From: Candidatus Latescibacterota bacterium
GTDB lineage: Bacteria; Latescibacterota; UBA2968; UBA8231
Assembly (NCBI GenBank): GCA_965261395.1
Contig: OZ253462.1
Coordinates: 2,176,001-2,240,000, forward strand
DNA: 64,000 nt
Direction: 5' to 3'
Shown: one piece after another, positions 59,440-64,000 of the stretch
Position numbering within the stretch: the first letter of the stretch is position 1
Layout: each line of letters starts with the position of its first letter
Translations under genes and position numbers: made by a program
The notes under the pieces: model-generated
What the model saw: only the letters and a program-made list of their open reading frames with translations
What the model was told of the DNA's origin: nothing
Databases searched by the model: none

Positions 59440-60345
59440 ATGTCCAAACACTGGGTCTTGATAGCTAATCCAACGGCGGGCAACGCCCGCGCCCGCAGCG
59501 TCGCCGAGCAAGCATCTTTGGCTATACAAGCCGCCGGCCAAGCGGTCGAATTGCGCTACACGCGGGCCAAGGGCCACGGAACCGAACTGGCGCGGCAGGC
59601 CGTGGCCGAGGGCGCTGAGCGGCTCGTGGTCTGCGGCGGTGACGGCACCATCGGCGAGACACTTGCGCCCCTCGCCGGTTCGCACACGGCCTTGGGGCTA
59701 CTGCCCTGTGGCACGTGCAACGACTTGGCCCGCGCCCTCGCCGTGCCGTTGCGCGTAGAAGCGGCCATAGACAATCTGCTCCGTGGCGAGGTGCGCGCCA
59801 TAGACTTGGGGCGGGCTGGCGACCGCTTCTTCGCCACAATTGCCGCCTTTGGCTTTGACGCCGAAGTCAACCGCCGCATGGAAAGCGCCCAAGGGCCTCT
59901 GTCCGGGCGGCCCCGCTATATCTTGGAAGCGTTGCGGCACATCGTTCGCTACCAGCCAATTCGGGTCCGCCTTTGCGGCGATTTCGGGGAGATTGAGCAA
60001 GAGGTGCTGCAAGTATCTACCGCCAATGCGCGGAACTATGGAGGCAATCTGTGCGTTGCCCCAGATGCCGACCTCGGCGATGGCCTCTTCGATGTGGTCG
60101 TCGTCGATGCGGTGCCACGGCGGGCGATCTTATCGCTGATGCTCCGCCTCTTTTGGCAAGCACACGTCCGCCATTCAGCCGTGCGCGTCGAGCGCACGGC
60201 CCGCCTAACGCTGCACACCGACGCGCCGCACCGCGTATATGCGGACGGCGACTATCTAGATCAGACGCCGCTCGTGCTGGAAATTAGCCCGGCGGCTCTG
60301 CGGGTGGTGGTGCCGAGTTCTTGCTCGCAAGGGGTGCGTTGCTGA
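59440..60345 (+). CDS. Diacylglycerol kinase-family lipid kinase (YegS/DgkB-like)
   Basis: NPTAG, GGDGT, P.GT.NDLAR, GFDA, YGG, DG. Confidence 0.92.
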   Translation: MSKHWVLIANPTAGNARARSVAEQASLAIQAAGQAVELRYTRAKGHGTELARQAVAEGAERLVVCGGDGTIGETLAPLAGSHTALGLLPCGTCNDLARALAVPLRVEAAIDNLLRGEVRAIDLGRAGDRFFATIAAFGFDAEVNRRMESAQGPLSGRPRYILEALRHIVRYQPIRVRLCGDFGEIEQEVLQVSTANARNYGGNLCVAPDADLGDGLFDVVVVDAVPRRAILSLMLRLFWQAHVRHSAVRVERTARLTLHTDAPHRVYADGDYLDQTPLVLEISPAALRVVVPSSCSQGVRC

Positions 60346-60395
60346 TATTGCCCAAGGGGCGGCATTTCAATTACGACTTATTACACAACGTTTTT

Positions 60396-61373
60396 ATGGC
60401 TACCCGAGCACAGCAAATACGCCTTGGCATCTTCTTCTTGGTTTCGCTCTCCGTCCTCGCGCTGTTCTTCTTCGTCGTCGCCGGCAGCCATCTCCTGAGC
60501 CAGCGCGATACCTATTACATCGAGTCCAACTCGCCCGTCAGCGGCCTCAACAAAGGCGCGGACGTCAAGTACTTGGGTTTTAGTATTGGCCGAGTCGAGG
60601 ACATTGCGATCGCGCAGGATCATCTCTCTACTTTGGTAATCGAGATTTCGATCGAGAGGCGGCGGGCCGCAAACGCCATCCGCACCGACACGCAAGCGCG
60701 CATGGCCTCGTTGGGGATCACCGGCCTGAAGTTCATCGAGCTTTTCGGCGGCAGCGACGACGCTTCAGTCCTCCCTCCGGGGTCCACCATTGTCGCGGGT
60801 GATACTTTTTTTAGCAGCATGCAAGAGCGTGCCGAAGTGCTCAGCATCAAGGTGGAGCAAACCATCGACAACCTAAACGCGTTGTTCAGCAGCGAAAACC
60901 AGCGCGTCTTCACCGAGACGCTGAACAACGCGGGCAATCTGCTGGCCACGGCCAACGCGCTGGTCGAGGACAACCGCTCCGCATTCGACGAGACCGCGGC
61001 CAATATGGTTGCCACCAGCCGCTCGTTCGCCAAGACCAGCGCGACGTTGGAGACGACGGTCGATTCCCTGCACGCCTTACTCGTGGGCGCGAAGCTGCAA
61101 CAGACGGTTGACGACCTGCAAGTGACGATGCACAAGTTGCGCCAGCAAATGGACGGCCCGGTTCCCTTGCTTATCGCGCGGATGGACACCGTGATGGGCC
61201 ATATTGACCGGACCTTTGTGGGCATCGACCAGACCGTGGGGGCCAGCCGACAGAATCTCCTGCGCGCCATGCGGGAACTGGAGGAAACTTTGCAGAATAT
61301 CCGCGAAACCACCGAACTAATCCGCGAGAATCCCGCGGTACTCATCCGAGGTCGCAGTGGTGGGACCCAATAG
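60396..61373 (+). CDS. MlaD/Mce family substrate-binding protein
   Basis: N-terminal TM; VSGL..GADVKYLG..IGRV; GITG..FIEL; helical tail ending ENP..LIRG. Confidence 0.9.
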   Translation: MATRAQQIRLGIFFLVSLSVLALFFFVVAGSHLLSQRDTYYIESNSPVSGLNKGADVKYLGFSIGRVEDIAIAQDHLSTLVIEISIERRRAANAIRTDTQARMASLGITGLKFIELFGGSDDASVLPPGSTIVAGDTFFSSMQERAEVLSIKVEQTIDNLNALFSSENQRVFTETLNNAGNLLATANALVEDNRSAFDETAANMVATSRSFAKTSATLETTVDSLHALLVGAKLQQTVDDLQVTMHKLRQQMDGPVPLLIARMDTVMGHIDRTFVGIDQTVGASRQNLLRAMRELEETLQNIRETTELIRENPAVLIRGRSGGTQ

Positions 61374-62124
61374 CCGAATTCGCCGCTGCGGTCAGGCCAT
61401 CATCTTGGCCGCCGCTCTATCCGGCTGCGCCCAGTTGCTAGGCGGCGACGCTAAGCTGCTGCAACGGCGCTATTTCAAGTTGGATATCGAACCCTTGCGC
61501 GGTAGCTTGGAAGGTTCCGAGCGTCCGTACCCTTTCCGATTGCAGGTCAAGGGCTTTGAGGCGCCCCGAGCGTATGACCGCACCCACATCATCCACCGCC
61601 GAGACCAGTACGAACTGCAGCTCGACAACCTCCACCACTGGATGGAGCGCCCCGGCGACATGATTACCGACGCGGTCAAGCAGTACTTGCGCCAAGCTGA
61701 CCTCTTTACCTATGTCGGCGGAGATGGCGATTTTTTCGAGCACCGCCCGGATTACGTGCTCGGCGGCTCAGTCAAAGCCATCGAGCGCTTCGACAGCGGC
61801 GACTTGTGGGCAGCCCATCTCGTTATGACGATGGAACTGGTTAGGCAGGACGATGGCAAAGTTATATGGCAGGACGATTTCGACGAGGAGAAACAGGTGT
61901 TTTCCCCGGCCATGATACACACGGTAGCCGCGTTGAGCGGGATTTTGGGCCAGCGGATGAAGAAGGCGATCAGGGAGATTGACTTCAAGTTCAGCAACAA
62001 GCAGCGGCCCATGCCCATCGCGCCCATTGCATCCGACGAGGAAATCGCCCCAGCGGCCCGAGATACAGTGCTGCAAACCGAAGCCGGTCACTACGAACTC
62101 ATACCGGGAAAGCTGGCCCCCTAG
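61357..62124 (+). CDS. PqiC-like ABC transport auxiliary lipoprotein
   Basis: Lipobox LSGC; W.ERPG motif; position in an Mce operon. Confidence 0.8.
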   Translation: MVGPNSRIRRCGQAIILAAALSGCAQLLGGDAKLLQRRYFKLDIEPLRGSLEGSERPYPFRLQVKGFEAPRAYDRTHIIHRRDQYELQLDNLHHWMERPGDMITDAVKQYLRQADLFTYVGGDGDFFEHRPDYVLGGSVKAIERFDSGDLWAAHLVMTMELVRQDDGKVIWQDDFDEEKQVFSPAMIHTVAALSGILGQRMKKAIREIDFKFSNKQRPMPIAPIASDEEIAPAARDTVLQTEAGHYELIPGKLAP

Positions 62125-62132
62125 GACTTGGC

Positions 62133-63638
62133 ATGTACAAGCTACTCTACATCCTGATCGCCCTGCCGTCGCTCGCTGGCCCAGCCCTAGGCGACAGCTA
62201 CACTTGGATCGCCCCACCCGGGCGCGGCCAACTCGAACAGGACCCAACGCTGATTCCCAAGGGCAAGGGCTTTCTCTTCGTGCCGACGATGTCCGGCTCC
62301 CTCAACGAGCCCAGTTTCCTCGTCTTACAGGGCAACAAACCCATCCGCGAAGCCGCCCCCGGCACCGGCGTGTTGCTCTCGCCCGGCAACTACGAATTGC
62401 TGGTCGGCTCGGGCACGGACATTCAGATGACGAGCCGCACCGTGCCGATCCAAGAGGGCATGACGACCCTGGTAAAGCCCTTCTGGGCCGGACTAGTCAT
62501 CAACGTCATGTCCGAGAACCGCACATCGATCAACGAATCCTATGAACTGTACCGGGAATCCTCGCAGGAAAACTACGGCCTCGGTTTTGGTGTCGAGGAG
62601 GAGCGAGGCGAAGCGGTCAAAACTTGGCTCCTGCCTCCAGGCGTTTACTCAGTAGTGCAAGTCGGCGACAACGTATTAACCACCCGCAAGTTTAGCGTCC
62701 GCTTAGAGCCGGGCGAGTTGGTCCAGCGCAACCTAGTAGTGGACACCAGTGACGATACCTTCATCGGCTTCTACCCCCCGGCTCAGCATGGCCTCCTCGC
62801 CCAAGTGGATGGCCCGCGTTGGAAGACCTCCCTTCAGTTAAGCGGCTCGCCCCGGCTGTCCACCTCGCAAAATAAAACCGGCGCAGATCGCTCGGTCCTC
62901 GCGCTCTCCGCTGAGATCTTCGGCAGCAGCATCTATAATACGGACCGCCACTACGCCAATCTGCGGCTGGACTTTGAAGAGGGTTTCACCCGCGAGGAGG
63001 GCGATGACTTCCGCAAGTCCGTCGATGAGTTTGAGGTCCGCGCTACATATATCTACCGGCTTTCCAAGCGAATCGGCCCCTATTTGCGCGGGGTGTTCAA
63101 CACCAAGCTATTCGCCGAGGAGGAACGCTTCGACCAGCCGCAGAGCCTGCTGATCCGCGACGGCAACCAGATCGAAGCCATGGCGGGCATTAGCGAATTT
63201 ACCCTCTCTCCGCCCTTCAGCCCCCTCGAACTGCGCCAAGGCATCGGCATCAACGCCCAGGTTATCAGCAGCTTTCCCCTGAACCTCGACATGCGCGTTG
63301 GTTTTGGGGCGCGTCAAAGCTATTTTACCGATACCTATGACCTAAACTCCTCCGGAACCACCGCCCGCAAGTTGGAGGACCAGACCGCCACCGGCTTGGA
63401 GGCCGTGCTGCTCCTCCGGTCGCGTTTTTCGCGATTCCCCAGCTTGGATTCGGAGTTTGACCTCCTTATCCCGGAGACGGCTACCGACACTTGGGAATTC
63501 ACTTGGGAAAACCGCTTGCGCTTGCCGCTGAGTCGCTTCATCAACATGGTCGTCGTCTTCGACTTCGAGCGCAAGCCGCCGGTCCAGCGGCTGCAATCTG
63601 AACAACAGGTCCTGCTGCGCCTCAACTATTTGCTATGA
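62133..63638 (+). CDS. Exported protein, probable outer-membrane beta-barrel with N-terminal beta-sandwich domains
   Basis: Signal peptide; amphipathic strands; C-terminal LRLNYLL. Confidence 0.65.
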   Translation: MYKLLYILIALPSLAGPALGDSYTWIAPPGRGQLEQDPTLIPKGKGFLFVPTMSGSLNEPSFLVLQGNKPIREAAPGTGVLLSPGNYELLVGSGTDIQMTSRTVPIQEGMTTLVKPFWAGLVINVMSENRTSINESYELYRESSQENYGLGFGVEEERGEAVKTWLLPPGVYSVVQVGDNVLTTRKFSVRLEPGELVQRNLVVDTSDDTFIGFYPPAQHGLLAQVDGPRWKTSLQLSGSPRLSTSQNKTGADRSVLALSAEIFGSSIYNTDRHYANLRLDFEEGFTREEGDDFRKSVDEFEVRATYIYRLSKRIGPYLRGVFNTKLFAEEERFDQPQSLLIRDGNQIEAMAGISEFTLSPPFSPLELRQGIGINAQVISSFPLNLDMRVGFGARQSYFTDTYDLNSSGTTARKLEDQTATGLEAVLLLRSRFSRFPSLDSEFDLLIPETATDTWEFTWENRLRLPLSRFINMVVVFDFERKPPVQRLQSEQQVLLRLNYLL

Positions 63639-64000
63639 CGTGGGTGCAGAGCGACGAACAGGGAATCGCGCTCGGGCGCGCGCTTTCGCTACACACTATC
63701 GGCGCGCTCGTTCCCCAAGTCCGCGATCTCATCGCCGAGCATCCGCGCTCCGCGCTCCGCGCTGACTTGCGCCAAGTCGAACACCTCGACACCGCGGGAG
63801 CCGTCTTCCTGCGCGGCTTGCCCGATCTCGCCCGCTCCTTGGACAAGGAACTCCGCCTCGATGGGCTACCCACCCACTTGCAGCCCGTTTTCGACTTTGC
63901 CACGCCCGCGCCGCCGCTTGAGCCGCCCGTGCCGCGCCGCGTCGCTCTTGAACGCCTCGGCGCGTGGGTCCGCGCTTGGGGCGTCCGCGCCGCTGATTTT
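63635..64000 (+). CDS. STAS-domain N-terminus, probably a STAS-MlaE permease fusion (runs off the right edge)
   Basis: ATGA overlap; DLRQVEHLDTAGAVFL STAS motif. Confidence 0.75.
   Translation, partial: MTWVQSDEQGIALGRALSLHTIGALVPQVRDLIAEHPRSALRADLRQVEHLDTAGAVFLRGLPDLARSLDKELRLDGLPTHLQPVFDFATPAPPLEPPVPRRVALERLGAWVRAWGVRAADF

Overview
A GC-rich bacterial chromosomal segment. Its gene content (five PhyH-family Fe/2OG dioxygenases, several Gfo/Idh/MocA oxidoreductases, amidohydrolases, a sulfatase, sugar isomerases and a DUF6785-like membrane protein) resembles Latescibacterota/Poribacteria-type, often sponge-associated, genomes; this taxonomy is inference only. Accessory DNA interrupts the catabolic backbone at several points. 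(1) Two integrase-free defence cassettes are each bracketed by a long direct duplication of host sequence: 82 bp around a small gene pair + PD-(D/E)XK nuclease + SPPF-motif methyltransferase, and 129 bp around Mrr + a truncated caspase-like protease. (2) A stand-alone Klenow-type family-A DNA polymerase lies next to them. (3) An IS903-group IS5 element has no target duplication and truncates genes on both sides. (4) A three-copy decaying sigma54 module (activator gene end - palindromic enhancer sites - terminator - -24/-12 promoter) sits in front of different secreted cargo genes. (5) A frameshifted MmeI-like R-M gene follows a broken UPF0175/DUF3368 toxin-antitoxin pair. The right end holds a lipid/envelope locus: an ElbD-like reductase-adenylation-ACP-acyltransferase megaprotein coupled to lgt, divergent from a DAG-kinase-family gene and an Mla/Mce transporter operon. 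No rRNA, tRNA or CRISPR array was recognised. All family calls come from motif recognition by eye; no database search was run.
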